This document shows, one piece after another, positions 24,724-37,900 of a stretch of DNA of 64,000 bases. Numbering within the stretch: position 1 is the first letter of the stretch; each line of letters starts with the position of its first letter. The notes beneath the pieces were generated by a model. That model was given only the letters and a program-made list of their open reading frames with translations, did no database searches and had not been told where the DNA came from. The stretch is from Diplonema japonicum (Eukaryota; Protista; Euglenozoa: Diplonemea): NCBI GenBank assembly GCA_964019335.1, contig OZ025655.1:62001-126000 (forward strand). Direction: 5' to 3'. Made by a program: the position numbers and the translations under genes.

Positions 24724-27700
24724 CTATGACGCAGGGCTGGACAAGGTACGGGTGGTAGAGGGGCGCTTGCTTGGTGTCTTTGAAGCATCGGATGCAAGGG
24801 GCTTGATGACCTTAGCAGTGCGCGGGGTCTTCTTCTTGAGTACAGCAGGTGCTGGTGCCTCGGTAGGTACCTGTTGGTATTTGTTTTGGTGCTTATCCCG
24901 GACTCATACATCATTCCTCGGTGAGCTTCTGCTCCTCCTAGTAGTCTTGGAAGGCTTCGCTGGTGCGAAGGTAGAGCTATTACCTGTCACCCCCGCACCC
25001 GTGGAGTCGGTGGTGTATGGCACGTTAGCAGCTGCGCTGGCCTCGTTGCCATTATTCCCCTGTAGTTATGTTTGCTTTAAAAAAAACCCGACTTGCTGAC
25101 GTACCTCTTGGTTGCTCTCCAGCCTCCCAATGGTGCCCCCCAACTCCGGGCACTTCATGCCCCCCATCAGCACATGTATCTGCTCCTGATCGTCATCATC
25201 CTTCACGTCCGGATTCTCCAACAGCTCCCTGATCCTATCCGCACCCCTCCTCGTAGGGTTCACCCTAAGCATCGCCTTCAGTTTCTCCTTGTTAGGACGG
25301 TACGACGCGTACTCCCTCTTGAAGGCCTGGAACGCTTTGATCATCTTCTTAATCTGTTAAAAGGTGTTCGTGTGCACAACCCTTCATACGTCTTCCAGCG
25401 TCCAGCCGGGTGGCAGCTCGCCGTCGGGCAGCTGGTCCAAGAAGTGGCACACAAGGTCGAACGTCTTCGAGTACTTCTCCTCACGCTTCCCCACGTCAGC
25501 GAAGAACCTCTGCAGCTCGATCTGTTATTACAGGTTACTGTTGTTGAGGAGGCATACCTTTTCTCTGTGTTTCTCAGCCGCCTCTTCGTCAGCCTTGACG
25601 GCAAGGTCTCTCAGGTGTGCACATGTCACAGCATGTTCTTGCTTCAGGTGCTTTATCATATCCTGGAATGAGCGCTCCTGGTCCACCACCGCCTCTGCCT
25701 TGTCCTTCGCAGCGGTCTCGGAGAAGCGTGCGATCTGCTCCGAGAAGTCGTTGCGCTGCTTTGTTGCAACGTTGAGCTCCGACTCAAGCTTGTCGATCAT
25801 CTCTTCCCTTCGCTGGATGTCTGCGTGCAGGTACCTGGTCAGGGGGTGAGAAAACTGTGCATGCATACCTCTGCTGCTGCTGCTGGTCCTGCTCCAGCAC
25901 TCTCACCTGCTTCCCGTGGCCGTCGACAATCACTTCATTCTGCAGTGATTCAAACGAGTGAACCATCATACCTCTCGCTTCAAGCCCTCGATCTGTGCTT
26001 GGAACTCCTCAGCCATCGCCTGGTTCTCATCGAGAATAGCCCTCAGCTCCTTGTCATGCGATTCCTCCATCCGAGCCGTCTGCTGCTTGTGGTGCTCAAC
26101 CAGCCTGTGTGTGTGCGTGTGCGTGCCCTTCTTGTATCATACGCGTCGTATTCTTCGTGAAGCTGCTGCTTCATGACATTCAGTTGTGTCTTGTACTGCA
26201 CATCCTGAAACATATTAGTGTGGTGTGGTGTGTTTGTACCTTTCGTGCCAAGTCACGCGTGACCTCGTCAGCAGCCTGTTTTTCCTGCTTCGCGGTAACC
26301 TCTTCCCTCTCATAACGTTGGCTGTGGTATGTAAAGCAAAAAACAGATGCAACACATACAGCAGCTCCTGATGCTCCTTTAGCAACCTGTCCTTCTCATT
26401 CTGTATCTCATTCTTTTCGGAAAGAAGGTCGTGCACCTTGCCCCTCTCCCTGCTGAGACTCACGGCCAAATCATCCATGTTGTCATGCCCTATCGCCATC
26501 ATCTTCTTTTTGATAGACTCCAACTCTTCCGTCTGCCCCTCGTACTTCGTCTCTGCCTTGAACAGTCGCTGCTTCGCAGCTCTCATCATAACGGCATGCC
26601 TGAAAGCGAATGCCATGTTCTTTTCCTTCTCAGCTTCGAGCTTTGCCTTGTACTGCAGTGCCTCTGCAGCTGCCTCTTCTAATCTCTCTTGGATCTCGTG
26701 CTTGGCACTCTCCGCTTCGGCCATCTGCTGTTCCAGTTGGACCCTGTCGGCTTCAGATTCCACCTTGGTCATCTCTTGTGCTGTTTCGAACATCTTCTTC
26801 TCCAAATCGGCCAACATCTTAGCAGTTTCGTCCTCGTTCACACGCACCTGGTTCACGATGGAACGTGCCCTCATGGCGTACTCTAGGGTCCGCAGCGACT
26901 CGTTGAAGTTCGAGAGATGAGGACTCACTGTTGCAAGCATGTAGGTCTTAGCGTTGCCACCCAAGTCTTCTCTCAACAGCCAAGTAAGAGTCGAATCACG
27001 GTACGGAACGTTCACCTTAGACTTCTTCTCGATCAGAGCGTCGATGACACGGCGAAGAGTTGTAAGGGAGAGGTTGATCTTCTGCGCTTCGAGCAGAACG
27101 CTCCCAGAGGCACCGCTCCTCTTCACGTTCTCGCTACCAGCCAAATCGACCAAGTTGACGTTGGCGCGCCTCTGGTGAGTGGTGGTCTTGGGTCCACCGA
27201 TGCCGACACGCTGCTGGTCGTAGAAGGTGGTCTGCGTCACTGTGATTCGGAAGATGGCGTGGGAGCGGGAAGAGCGGTCGTTGAGGTTGGTAGAGCCGAC
27301 ACTTCTCTCTTGGTTACCAGCGTTGATGAGGGCGATGATATCATCGTAGTTCCTCGGGTTGTGGATGCTGATGCCCTCGACGTACGGCCCTTCTGTGGGG
27401 TGCTCACGGATCTTCAAATCCTCAGGGTCAAGCTTTCTTGCGGACCCAGCACCGGCATATTTGAAGCGCTCTGTGTCGCCACCCTCGCAGTAGTTGCCCA
27501 AAAGATCCTTCACCTTCTCGTTGTAGATCTCGTAGAACCTCACTCGTACGTCAGACTTGCGCCTCAAACCATGCTTGGAAGCTGTTTCACCCTTCTCTTG
27601 GAGCTGGTTAAATAGGTCCCTGCACAGCCTGGGGATAACACCAAGCTCGTCTTCTTCGCACCCCTGAGTCTGAGCGATCTGCTCGGGGTCGCCCATCATA

Positions 27701-28425
27701 GTGTGGGTCTTACCACTCCCGGTTTGCCCATAGGCGAAGATGCACGAGTTGATACCCTCCCAGGCGGCCTGCAGGGCAGGCTTACCTGTCTGCTCGTACA
27801 CCTTCTTCTGGTCGGAGAACTCCACATTTGCCTTCTGCTGCGTGCACGACCAGAACACCTCATCGAAGTTGAATCCCTTGTAGACTTCATAGTCCTCTTT
27901 GTCGAGAAGGAGCACCTGCTGTGGTGTGGATCTAGATCATCGGCATACCTGATCTTTTCTGGGCATCCCGATCACACTCTGGATATACCCACCTGCTTTT
28001 TTCACTTCTTCAATCTCGTTGTTCCCGAAAGGACGAACACGAACCATCACACGGACGTTCGCGGCTTCCGTGTTCGCCATGTTAGGCGGCGGCAGCCCTA
28101 CGGTTCCAGATCCAATGCCGCTGACTCTTCTGCTTCCTCCTTGCCTGGGGGATGGGTTCGGGGACACCGATCTTGTGTACAAGCTAGCACGTCGGCCTAG
28201 TGCATGCGCAATGTCTGGAGAGTCAGGCTCATCGTGTCCGGGTGCAAACTTATGAGACCCGTCTAAGCTCGTCTCGCGCTCAGCAGAGCCGCTGCTACGT
28301 CTCCTTCCTCCCGTGTGGCTGAGACTAGGAGGGGCCTGGGGACTCCTACCCGCCTTGGGACTGTGTGAAATAAGAATAGAGGTGTCTTTCTTCATACCGT
28401 GTTTTTCTGTGAGGGTCCCGCCCAT
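24724..28425 (-). CDS. Kinesin with N-terminal motor (kinesin-3/K39-like) and coiled-coil tail, about 11 exons
   Basis: NVRVMVRVRPF, FNFDEVFWS, IFAYGQTGSGKTHTM, NDRSSRSHAIF, LVDLAGSE, VPYRDSTLTWLL, TLEYAMRA. About 10 tiny GT-AG introns: one near 27916-27948, nine in the tail between about 24871 and 26359. Ends ...SSPAS*. Confidence 0.92.
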
Positions 28426-28532
28426 GGGACTGCCCCAGGGTTGGTGTATCTTCCTCGTGCATTGGCAGGAAGGGTCTGTATGGAAAATTAAATAAAAGAC
28501 ACAACAAACAAATAAGAATGAAATCTCGGTTT

Positions 28533-29333
28533 CTACACTGTTTTCTCTGAATAATAACCAGCGGCCTGGCTCATCAAGGGTTCGATGATGTGGCGCTGGG
28601 CGGTGGAGGGCAGGGAGGCGAGATACTGAATGCAAGAAGACAGGAAGGAAGGTGGAGCAGTGCCGTTGAGATAGACGTATCTGACGCCAGGGAACATGAT
28701 GATGACCTGTATGGTGACGAGGAAGATGACGACGGTGACTGCAAGGTAGAGGGCAAGAACAGTAAGCTCTGTAAAGGCACCGAAAATGGAGCCCAACCAG
28801 CCGTTGGAAGAGATTCCCGGGATGTTCGAGGACTGCGATTTCACCTCTCGTGCTGCATTGTCGACAAGATCAGTAGAACCATCGATGACTGCAGAGTCAT
28901 GCCCAGCCACCTCCCCCAGCTTTGTTGCCATCTCCTTTAACCTTTTGGTCATATCCATGCTCATAGCTAAAGACTCCTCTTTCAATTTCTTCCTGTCCTT
29001 CTTCTTGCCCCCACTGCCGTCAAACAAAGCCTTTCTTCCCCACTTCTTCACTTTCACTGCTCCCTTTTCTTTTTCCTCTTCATTGCTTTCTTCTTCCGGT
29101 GCCCCAAACCATTTCCCCACATCACCGACCTTCCCCCACAACACCTCTCCCCTCCCCACTAACACCTTGTACCCCCCCTCTCTTATCATGTCCCTTGCGT
29201 CCATTGCACTCACCTTGATCTCGTTGAACTCGTTCGCCATCCCTTCGCTTTCCTCCCTCCCACCATCCTTCACTGCTCGGAGCCTCTCTTCGATCGCTCC
29301 AAGGTAAGCCTCAACATCTACAAGTGGGGTCAT
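28533..29333 (-). CDS. Use1-like Qc-SNARE / membrane-anchored coiled-coil protein
   Basis: EESLAMSMDMTKRLKEMATKLGEVAGHDSAVID SNARE-like heptads followed by TM LYLAVTVVIFLVTIQVIIMFP. Confidence 0.6.
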   Translation of the reverse strand: MTPLVDVEAYLGAIEERLRAVKDGGREESEGMANEFNEIKVSAMDARDMIREGGYKVLVGRGEVLWGKVGDVGKWFGAPEEESNEEEKEKGAVKVKKWGRKALFDGSGGKKKDRKKLKEESLAMSMDMTKRLKEMATKLGEVAGHDSAVIDGSTDLVDNAAREVKSQSSNIPGISSNGWLGSIFGAFTELTVLALYLAVTVVIFLVTIQVIIMFPGVRYVYLNGTAPPSFLSSCIQYLASLPSTAQRHIIEPLMSQAAGYYSEKTV

Positions 29334-29532
29334 CGCATGCTTTACTGAAAACGGGGTATATAAAATATAAAAATGAACCTTAAAAAGAAACCTTTAAAAA
29401 TACATCGTAAAAGGGTGCAACACATAGGGATCTTAACAACACAGAAGAGGCTGCAGGCTGGAGCTGGGTGGTGGGTGGGGGAAATCTAAGTTATGTAATG
29501 GATATTATATACAAAGGCCTCGGCTTGTTATT

Positions 29533-32500
29533 CTAGTGTGTTCTGATGCTGTGGTAGTAGTCGAGCTCGCTTGGTGTTAAGTCTTGCTTTGCTGATCTGC
29601 GGTCTCGATCTCTTCTGCGACGCTCCGCTCGTCTCGCTTCCTCCATTCTCCGTTCGGTTTTCAATTCTTCTTCTGTGAGGGTGTTTACATTGGCAGTGGA
29701 TCTGTAGTAGTCAGCTTCCTCGGTTGTCACCACCCGTGGGGGAGCAACACGTGGAGGCGACACTGAAGAGGGCTTGTAGAGGTCCATGGGACCACTGCTG
29801 AACTGCTCTCCATAAGGCCTACTCTCCGGCAAAAGGCTGTGCACCAACCCTGGCCTCGGAGAGTGCGTCTGCCTGAAACTCATTAACTCCCTCTCTCTAG
29901 TCCTGTCCCTCTCCCTCTCCCTTTCAAACAGTTCCCTCATCCTTTCCCTGCTTTTGCTTCGATCGGCGATTCTTTCGTTCCTAGTCCTCTCCCTCTCCTC
30001 CTCCCGCTCCCTTTCTTTTTCTTGCTCTCTCTCGCGCTCTTTTTCAGCTTCCAGGTCCCGCTTCCTCTTGCGTTCTTCCTCCTCTTCCCTTTCCCTCTGT
30101 CTCTTTATCTTCTCCTCATAATCCACCCGCTCGCGCTCCTCCCTCTCGTTGGTGACAACAGTTGTGGTAACTGTCCTGATGCCCGTCTGTGGAGACCATA
30201 CAGGGTCAGCAATGGGTCTCCCTGGAGCTGCAACGGTGGGCCTGTACTCCTGAACGGTGTCGGTGTGGAAGCCATCAGGAAGGATGGGTGTCAAAGGACC
30301 GAATTGAAGACGGGGCTGCGGCGTTTGAGGAACATGCCTTGCTGATGTAACACTCGGGACGGCTCCCTTGTACACAGTGCTCCCTATCTTCTCTGCTCTG
30401 TTGTGAGGTCGGATCATGGACTCAGATCCTCGAGTCTCTCTACTCTCCATGCTGAAGCTCTCCCTGTGCCGTCTGTCGTTCTCTCGTTCACGTCTTTCCC
30501 GGGCTTCTCGCTCTTCCCGCTCAGCTTGCACCTTAATCTTCTCCTCTTCTAAAGCCTGCCGCTCCTCCTTCACCTGCTCCATTTGCATTCTCGCACTTTC
30601 TTCCAGTGCTTTTGAGTGGCTGTCCATAGCTTCTTTCTGCTCCTTTAGTGCTTGCGTAACACCATCGGCAACTTCTTGGATTTGGGTTATCTGCTGCTTC
30701 AACCTGTCGTCGTCCTCTTGCCTCCTGCTGTCCTGGGGGGGCAGCCTTTCTTGGGAACGGTCTCTCCTCGGTAAGGGTGACACGCGTGGATCATTACTGC
30801 GAAAACCGCCTCTGTTCTTATAAGCGCTACTGGCATAGATTAGCTCTTCAACGTCCTAGTGGTGATGCTAGCCAGCTTCTTTGCATACCGGTGACACGCC
30901 TCTGGGCTGTGGTCGTGACATATACATAAACTCATCCTCATGGGGAGGAGGAGGGTGCAAGGGGAGTGGCGGCGGCGGCGGAGGCGGAGGCAATGATGCA
31001 TCATGCATCTGACTACGAGGGCTGGGGGGTGGTATGGGGTAGTGCGGAGACGGTTCGTAATGGTTACCGAAGCTCAGCAATGAGGCAGTGGGCGGGGGCT
31101 TCGCACCTGGAATGGCGTCATGAGAAGGTGGGATGTCATCCCGGTAGTAGAGATCCGGAGGTGCGTCAGAGAAGCTATGATGACCTGGGCTGCTACTCCT
31201 GTCGTGCATGTCAGCACGTGCAACACTCATTGCTGCGGGGGGTGACATGGCCGGATACTGCGAGAGGCCTGTCTCGTTCAGCGTCGCCCCTACCATAGGG
31301 ACTCTTGTTGCGAGAATCAAGGTCTCAGCGTTCTCAATTCCTGCTTGAGCCAAAGAATAGTTATCCTTTAACACTATTCCTTCTTGCGTCTTCAATACCT
31401 GCTCTGATAGTGGAAGACCAGTATTCTTGGCAAGCAAGATCTTGATACTTTTAACAGTCACTGCCTGAGGCTTGAGGCTCGGCAGCCGATACTCCTTGTT
31501 GTCCACCTTTGAAAGGATGGAAATGGTAATGCGACCGTCTGCAGCAGGGGGAATAGGAAGGTTTGCATCCTCTTCTGCAATAGACACCTTCCGTCTGGGG
31601 CTCTCCGCTGTCGTTGCTTTGTTGTGTGGCTCGCCTGTTGCAGAACAGAAACGCGTGGAGGAAGGCATCCCACAGGCATTGCACACCTGCGACGATTTTG
31701 CCTTCAGCAACATCCGGACAACACAGCCGTCGATCAGCCCACACCCACCTATTGTGTGGCTAGGTTCCAGCATTTCGCCCCGGTAGAAGGCACCAACATT
31801 TGCTGGCGGAAGCCCCCATGTTAACTCTGCCGATTTGTGCAACTTGACAACGAAGTCAGACATGCTGATAGTGATCGCCTCCCGCTCACCACGGATGTTC
31901 TCCAAGATGAGATCCACCGTGTCCCCGCGACGCTCCGCTGAAGCTACGCCGACAGGCTCGATGGACTCCTCTTCGACTAGAAGGCAGGTGCTGCCAGATC
32001 TAATGCTTGCATTTGCGAGGGTCATTCTTGGGTCCATTTTCTTGTTGTCGACGACAATGGCCAGGCGCTGAGGGGGGATATCAACCTCTGTTGAAAGACG
32101 TGAGAGGATGGTGCTGAAAGTGTCCCTGGTGCTGATGTCCGTTAGAACGAAAGGTGAGCTGCGGAGGTTGGACTCGATGGTGACAGTGAGGGGAGCGTTC
32201 GTGGGAGTTGGATGAGGCTTCTTGAGAGCTGATCGGAGTGGCGGACGAGATGAGGGGGAAGCACTAGGGCCCTTAGCTAGACCGGGATGCGGCTTCTGGA
32301 ACTCCCTCGTGGCATATTGTGCGGAGGTCATGACAGTCACTCTGCCGTCCATGAGACCCGCCTCACGCACAGTCATTCTGTTGTCTCTCAACTCGCCCAT
32401 AGAACCCACTAATACAAGGTTGCTGGCGTCAGTGTTGCCCGACTCATACTTCGCCATCGGCTTAGACAGTTTCTCCTTCACCTTCTCAATGGTTGACCCA

Positions 32501-32589
32501 GCTCGCAGTTGTTGTAGCTTGAACACCGTGCCGCCTACAGTCGCCACCTCCAACATGGTGTGCTCGTCGTCCCGCATCTTACCCGACAT
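29533..32589 (-). CDS. Multi-ubiquitin-like-domain protein with Pro-rich linker and charged coiled-coil tail
   Basis: Four UBL-like units (e.g. TIEKVKEKL...ELRDNRMTVREAGL; TVKSIKILL...GLPLSEQVL...LKDNYSLAQAGI). The 33-nt intron 30856-30888 joins ORFs 30868-32589 and 29533-30783 in frame. Confidence 0.8.
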
Positions 32590-32842
32590 GCCTGTTTGGT
32601 CTGATTAGAAAAGAATGAAAGAAACAAAAAGAAACCTCGATAAAATCACAGTGCATAAGGGTGCTCACTGTTCGAGAAAAGAGCATAAAGAAGGACACCA
32701 AGACACGTCACGCAAATAAAAACCCAAACTCTTAATCTGTTTTTTAAAAGAGAACGCCCAGTGGATATACCGGAGGACACGTTAAGAACTCCACTCAAAA
32801 GATACAAACAACCTATTCTCTCGGCTGCTAAACGCTCACAGA

Positions 32843-34180
32843 TCAGGGCCTTGGGTGGCTGAAGAGGGAGTCCATGCTGAACTCAAAGAAGGGCTGGTTG
32901 CACGCCCTGCCTGCTTTGTCGTCGGGACCGTACCTCCCGGCACTGTCCACCCAACCGAAGGCGACCTTCACAGTGCGCAGTCCATAGTCGAAGACAGCGA
33001 CGTGCACATCGCCCGACAGCATGACACGTGGGAAGTTGGTAGCAACGTTGTCACTGGTAAGGTTGCTGTTCCACTGCTTCACAAGGCTGGGCATGGTGAC
33101 ATGGTCGTGGCTGGGCTGCGGGTGCTTGTCGATGAACACAACATCCTGGACAGCACTGAAGTTCGTGATCATCGAGATGTTCTGCGGCCCGTACCAGTGA
33201 AGGTCTTTCTGCCTGTACGCGATCGCACGGAATTCTTGGCTGCTGTCGTCTCCCACACCCATGAACACAGCCCATGTCCTGGTCCTGTCATATGCAAAGT
33301 TAAAGGCATCCTCCTTCGTCTTTGAGAACTGGATGATGTCTCTAATGACACCGACGACAGGGAGCCCATCATAGCTGCCCGGCTGCACACTTGGGTCTTC
33401 GTAGGTTAGCCACACCTTTTCTGAGAGGGCGAGGTGGGTCGAGAATCCCGTTACCACACCGACAATGCCAGGGAAGGCAACTGAGGTGAAGGGGTAGCCC
33501 TTGTCAGGGTGGTACACGTTGAGGGTGGAGTAGTTCACGAAAGGGCCATCGCCAAAGTCAAGGGCACGGAGCTGGGTAAGCTTGCCAGTGGGTGTTGCAG
33601 TGCCCCATGCACCTAGCATGCTGCAGGTCATTCTGATGAGCTCGGGGAGCATGTTAGCGTGTTTGACCCTCCTTAGGAGGTCATTGTAGTCGCAGTTGGG
33701 GACGGCGCCGCTGTCGCAGACGCCCTGTACGAGGCCCTCTATCTCCTCAATAGGGCGCGACTCACTGACAGCAAGGTATTCGTACTCCCTGTCGTAGACG
33801 TAGCCAAGGGCCGTGTGGAAGGCCATGGGCACGTCGTGCTCGAGTTGCCTCCTTACAAGATCCCTGATGGGGGCGGGGAGGTCACCGAGGGGGATGGCGT
33901 CCGCTTGCATGCTGTAGAACTCGTCCAAAGCATTAACTATGAAGTCGTAGACACGCGCACCGTTCAAGACGCCCTGAGCGTAGCCGAGCTCCCTGGGGGT
34001 GCCCCACATGTGCACGACGTCCAGCTTTGTTCTGCCCTGCTCCAGGTGGTACAGGATCCCATTCTTGCTCTTGTTGAGCTTCTTTAACAACGGAGCTCCC
34101 TGAAAGATCGGGTTGGGGGGCACGGGGTACTGACCCGCAGCACACAGCACACTAGCCACAAGCAGCGCAGAACGAAGCAT
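32843..34180 (-). CDS. Secreted/lysosomal Ntn-hydrolase (peptidase C45 / acid ceramidase, Dictyostelium dcd1-like)
   Basis: Signal peptide; VVHMWGTPRELGYAQG; ELIRMT-CSMLGAWGTAT..GKLTQLRALDF with the nucleophile Cys. Intronless. Confidence 0.8.
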   Translation of the reverse strand: MLRSALLVASVLCAAGQYPVPPNPIFQGAPLLKKLNKSKNGILYHLEQGRTKLDVVHMWGTPRELGYAQGVLNGARVYDFIVNALDEFYSMQADAIPLGDLPAPIRDLVRRQLEHDVPMAFHTALGYVYDREYEYLAVSESRPIEEIEGLVQGVCDSGAVPNCDYNDLLRRVKHANMLPELIRMTCSMLGAWGTATPTGKLTQLRALDFGDGPFVNYSTLNVYHPDKGYPFTSVAFPGIVGVVTGFSTHLALSEKVWLTYEDPSVQPGSYDGLPVVGVIRDIIQFSKTKEDAFNFAYDRTRTWAVFMGVGDDSSQEFRAIAYRQKDLHWYGPQNISMITNFSAVQDVVFIDKHPQPSHDHVTMPSLVKQWNSNLTSDNVATNFPRVMLSGDVHVAVFDYGLRTVKVAFGWVDSAGRYGPDDKAGRACNQPFFEFSMDSLFSHPRP

Positions 34181-34933
34181 TTTCTTCACTTAGTCCTGAA
34201 AAGGACGCTTGGTACAGAACAAAGAAAGAAGAAGAAAGAAAAAAGAAAAAATTCGCAGCACCAATAAAACGATAGAAACCAGAGAAACAAAAAACAAAGA
34301 ACAAAAAAGACCTTCACCCTTTACATACAACTCGAGCATCCGGTGGATCACATTGCCCAACCCGCAAGCTTCATGGGGACAAAAAATAGGGGGGGATAAA
34401 CAGAGTTGGTAAGAGAAAGGGAAAAGTGCGGGAAGGGGATTCTAATTAACCTTTTTATTCCTCTTTAAATTTTCTTTCTTGATCTTATGCCTATGCTTCC
34501 TAATATGAACTACGTCTGCAGCAGGGGTCAGGGACAAAAGGGGGGAAACTACTAGCTGCATAATGCTTGTCGTGGCTCTTACAGCAAGCAAAGCACAACC
34601 GGCCTGAAGGGCCCCTATCAAAAACCTATTAAAAAAAAGGGGATAGGGTAAGAGAGGAATAAAGAATACATCGCCAGTGGTGCCCTGCTCAAGAAACAAT
34701 CAACTGAGCTACAAAAAGAAAAATGTTCCCCCCAAGCTTCTGAGTTCCGCGTCTTATAATACGGGCGGAGGGTCGGACCCCCACAAAATATACTAATTCT
34801 CTCTACCTTATTTTCCTTCTGAACGGCAAGGCCACTTCCTCTTTCACTTTTCTTCTTATATTTTAAAAAAAAACACTTTTTCTCTTCTATTCCGTATCTT
34901 TGAGACTTATACAAAAACGTCCCGTTGCTAGCC

Positions 34934-37900
34934 TCACTGGTCCATTTGAATGGCTTGGTTGGGGAGGTGCATGTGCTGTGCCACAGCGTGGATGAACGCA
35001 TCGACGTCATCGTCGCGAACTTCTTCGTCTCCCTCCAGCATCCTGATGTCAAAGCCGTCACCTTCGTTAGGAAGCTCTAGTGTAGCACTGACAGGAGTGA
35101 TGGGTTCGATGGAGATGGATGTTCTCGGCTCTCGCCGCTCACTGCCTGCTTCGCGTGGCTCAGGTTCAAGATTATCCGCTGGCATGTCGCACGGAGGCGG
35201 CAGTATTCCCTCCCAGTCTATTTTGTACACCGGACCGGGTACGCTCTCCACCTTCCCTTGTTCCACGTCAGTCGACTGCGTGATCTCCACAATCAAGTGG
35301 CTCTTATCATGCACCTCGTCTGCCTTGCCACTCCCTTCGCACTCTTCACACACGTACCAGTTTACACAGTTCGCACAGGCATACACCTTCATATCACTGA
35401 TGGGGTACTTATCACAAAGGTCGCAGCACAGCCACCCCGCAGCAAGGGAGTTGCCCTTATGCGAGGCTAGTACCGCATCAACCCGTTCCTTCAACCTACT
35501 CGGATCACATGGCACCTTTGCTCCGCTTACTTCCACTAGTTCGCAGTTGCTCTGCAAACACTGGTGGCAGAACTTCTTTCCACATTTACACGTCATGCTA
35601 TTGCACCCACCGGTCTTGTGCACCAACGCCCCGCACGATGGGCATGGTCTTGTCTCGCCTGCTGTGTCCATCTCCTGCTTGAGGACCTCCTGTGTTTGCG
35701 ATGTCTCTTCAAGCCTTGCAATGTGCCTGTTCACCTCTTGTAGTTGCTTGGGGCTCTGCTTAAGGCGCTGCTTCCTTCGCAGCAGCATGTCCTTCCTCTT
35801 TTCAATGACCTCGTTGCAGTCAAGGAAGTAGTGTGCTGGCTCGCTGCAGCTACTATTCGGGCATATCAATGCCTTGCAATCAGCACACATGATGGGAACC
35901 ATGTCACCCTCTTCGCTGCGCACAGCAAACCCCTCGGGGCAGTTGTAGCATTGCCTCACAGTAGGCCGCAACTTCTCCATGGCCATAATGTACTCGTAGT
36001 TATTGTTCCCGCTCCCCCCGGTGAGCTCGATAAGCTCGCGGTATTCACAAGCTGTGAGAACGTGACGACAGTCCTTGCTTGGGCAGCTGGCGGGGGACCG
36101 CTCAGCTACCTTCGAATCCGCCCATTGTTTAAGGCATTCGATGCATGTAGTTGTGTGGCCACACAGCATAGAGAGCGTGTTCGAAGAGCTCAGATCTGTG
36201 CAGCATACTTCGCATTCGCTGTCAAGTGCTACAGTCACCTCATCGACGACGAGGGAGCCTGCGTCGCTATCTTTGCGGGATCCGTTCCATTTAAGGGTTA
36301 CCTCTTCGTTGAGCCTCGAGTGGAGCACCTCGACAGCCTTGAGGATCTGCGGTCTGGTGCCTTCTACAGTAACCCTATTTGGGGGTGTAAGCTGGACTGA
36401 CTCTGCGCCAGAAACCTGTTCGACGATTCTGATCAGCAACCCCTGCAGCTTAGCTAGCTGCGTGTACCCAGCCCCCGAAACCACTATGGAGCACGATACA
36501 CGCGACCACGCATACAAGTCGCGCACTGTGAGATCTCGCAGCTTTTGCTTCGCTGCATGTACCGCAGCCTCACCACCAGTCAGGACAAGCTTGTCGTCGC
36601 CTGCTTTGTACTCAATGAGTGCCCCCGTAGCTTGCATGATGGATAGAATAATGTCCCAGCCACTGAACCTCTCCTTCTTGATCTCGTCGGCCAGGACACG
36701 TCGTATCTTCGCTGATCTAGAAATCAAATGCATCGAGATAGCGTCGGCTTGACGGTGCGCCTTAGCACGCAAGCTCCGCAGGTTTTCCAAGTGCTGCTGC
36801 ATGAGATCATGAATCTGTTGTAGCTGTGCTTCTGGGATGTGTGACTTAGCAGATGACATCTTCATCGAAGTTGCGCGCGACTTCTCCTCCTCCTTGTCAA
36901 TAGAGCTACCAATGGCAGCTGCACCGTACTCGACACGTGCCTTGTCTCTCGTGGTCTGATGAAGGTGCTGCTGCAGCATGTCAGACTTTCCAAATACCTT
37001 CGACTGTTTTATCTCCTCATAGGAGTGCATGAGCTGTGCATGCTGAAACTCCTGCGTCCCTATGCTATTGATGAGATGGAGATAGGCTTGCTTGTGCCTC
37101 ACCACTCTGCTTTGGAGGCTGTCTTCGTCGTTGCCCTCATCCATGCTGTCACCTTGCTGTGATGCGTGCACGCAGTGCTGCTCCCTCCCTACGCTGTACA
37201 CGTAGCGCGTGCGGTTAGGCCATTCCACGGCAATAGTCCCGTTTACAAGGCCGCCTTCGTCTATTTCTGTGCGCACAGGCAAGTCGATCACCTTCCCTAC
37301 CTGCCCAAAACCGCCGTCCTGGTCGCCCCATTCCCAGTCAGGACCACGCACAACAAGGTCACCCACATGGAAAGCATGCACCCCCGCTACGTTCGCCGGC
37401 ACAGCCAATTCCACCACGTCAATGTCAATGCGGCTGAGCTCCATCTTTGCTACCTTGTGTATCTCGTTCAGCTCCTCCTGCACTCTGCGGCGTATGAGCT
37501 GTGTCCTCTCAGTATGCTGAGACGCGTTTTTCACGTTTGCTTGCTTTGATGCAGAGTTGCTAACGTTGGGTTCATGCAGCTGTGACAGAACTGATCGCAA
37601 AGCAGATGCAATGGGAACCGCAAGCCGCACCTCGCATAGCTCCGATGCGACCAACGACATGGCTTTGTCGACACGTGTCTTCTGCACCTCGTGACGATGG
37701 GTCTCAAGAAGTTGACGGATGGCTGCCTTCGTTGCTTTCACAGCATTGGGCAGCCCGATCAGCTTCACTGCCACCCCGTGCTCCAAGGAAACATGGCATT
37801 TCGCCTTCTCGCGTATTTCTACCGCCTTGCTGTGTATGACACCCCTCTCTGCTGGGTCCACTCTTATCATTACCTTACGCGAAGAGCTGTACCACACTAG

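Noticed and set aside
27937-28635. Overlap of the kinesin ORF with the Use1-like gene (and ORF 20980-22944 with 22928-23401)
   Set aside because: The extensions run through U-rich spacer sequence; downstream ATGs after acceptor AGs are more plausible starts.
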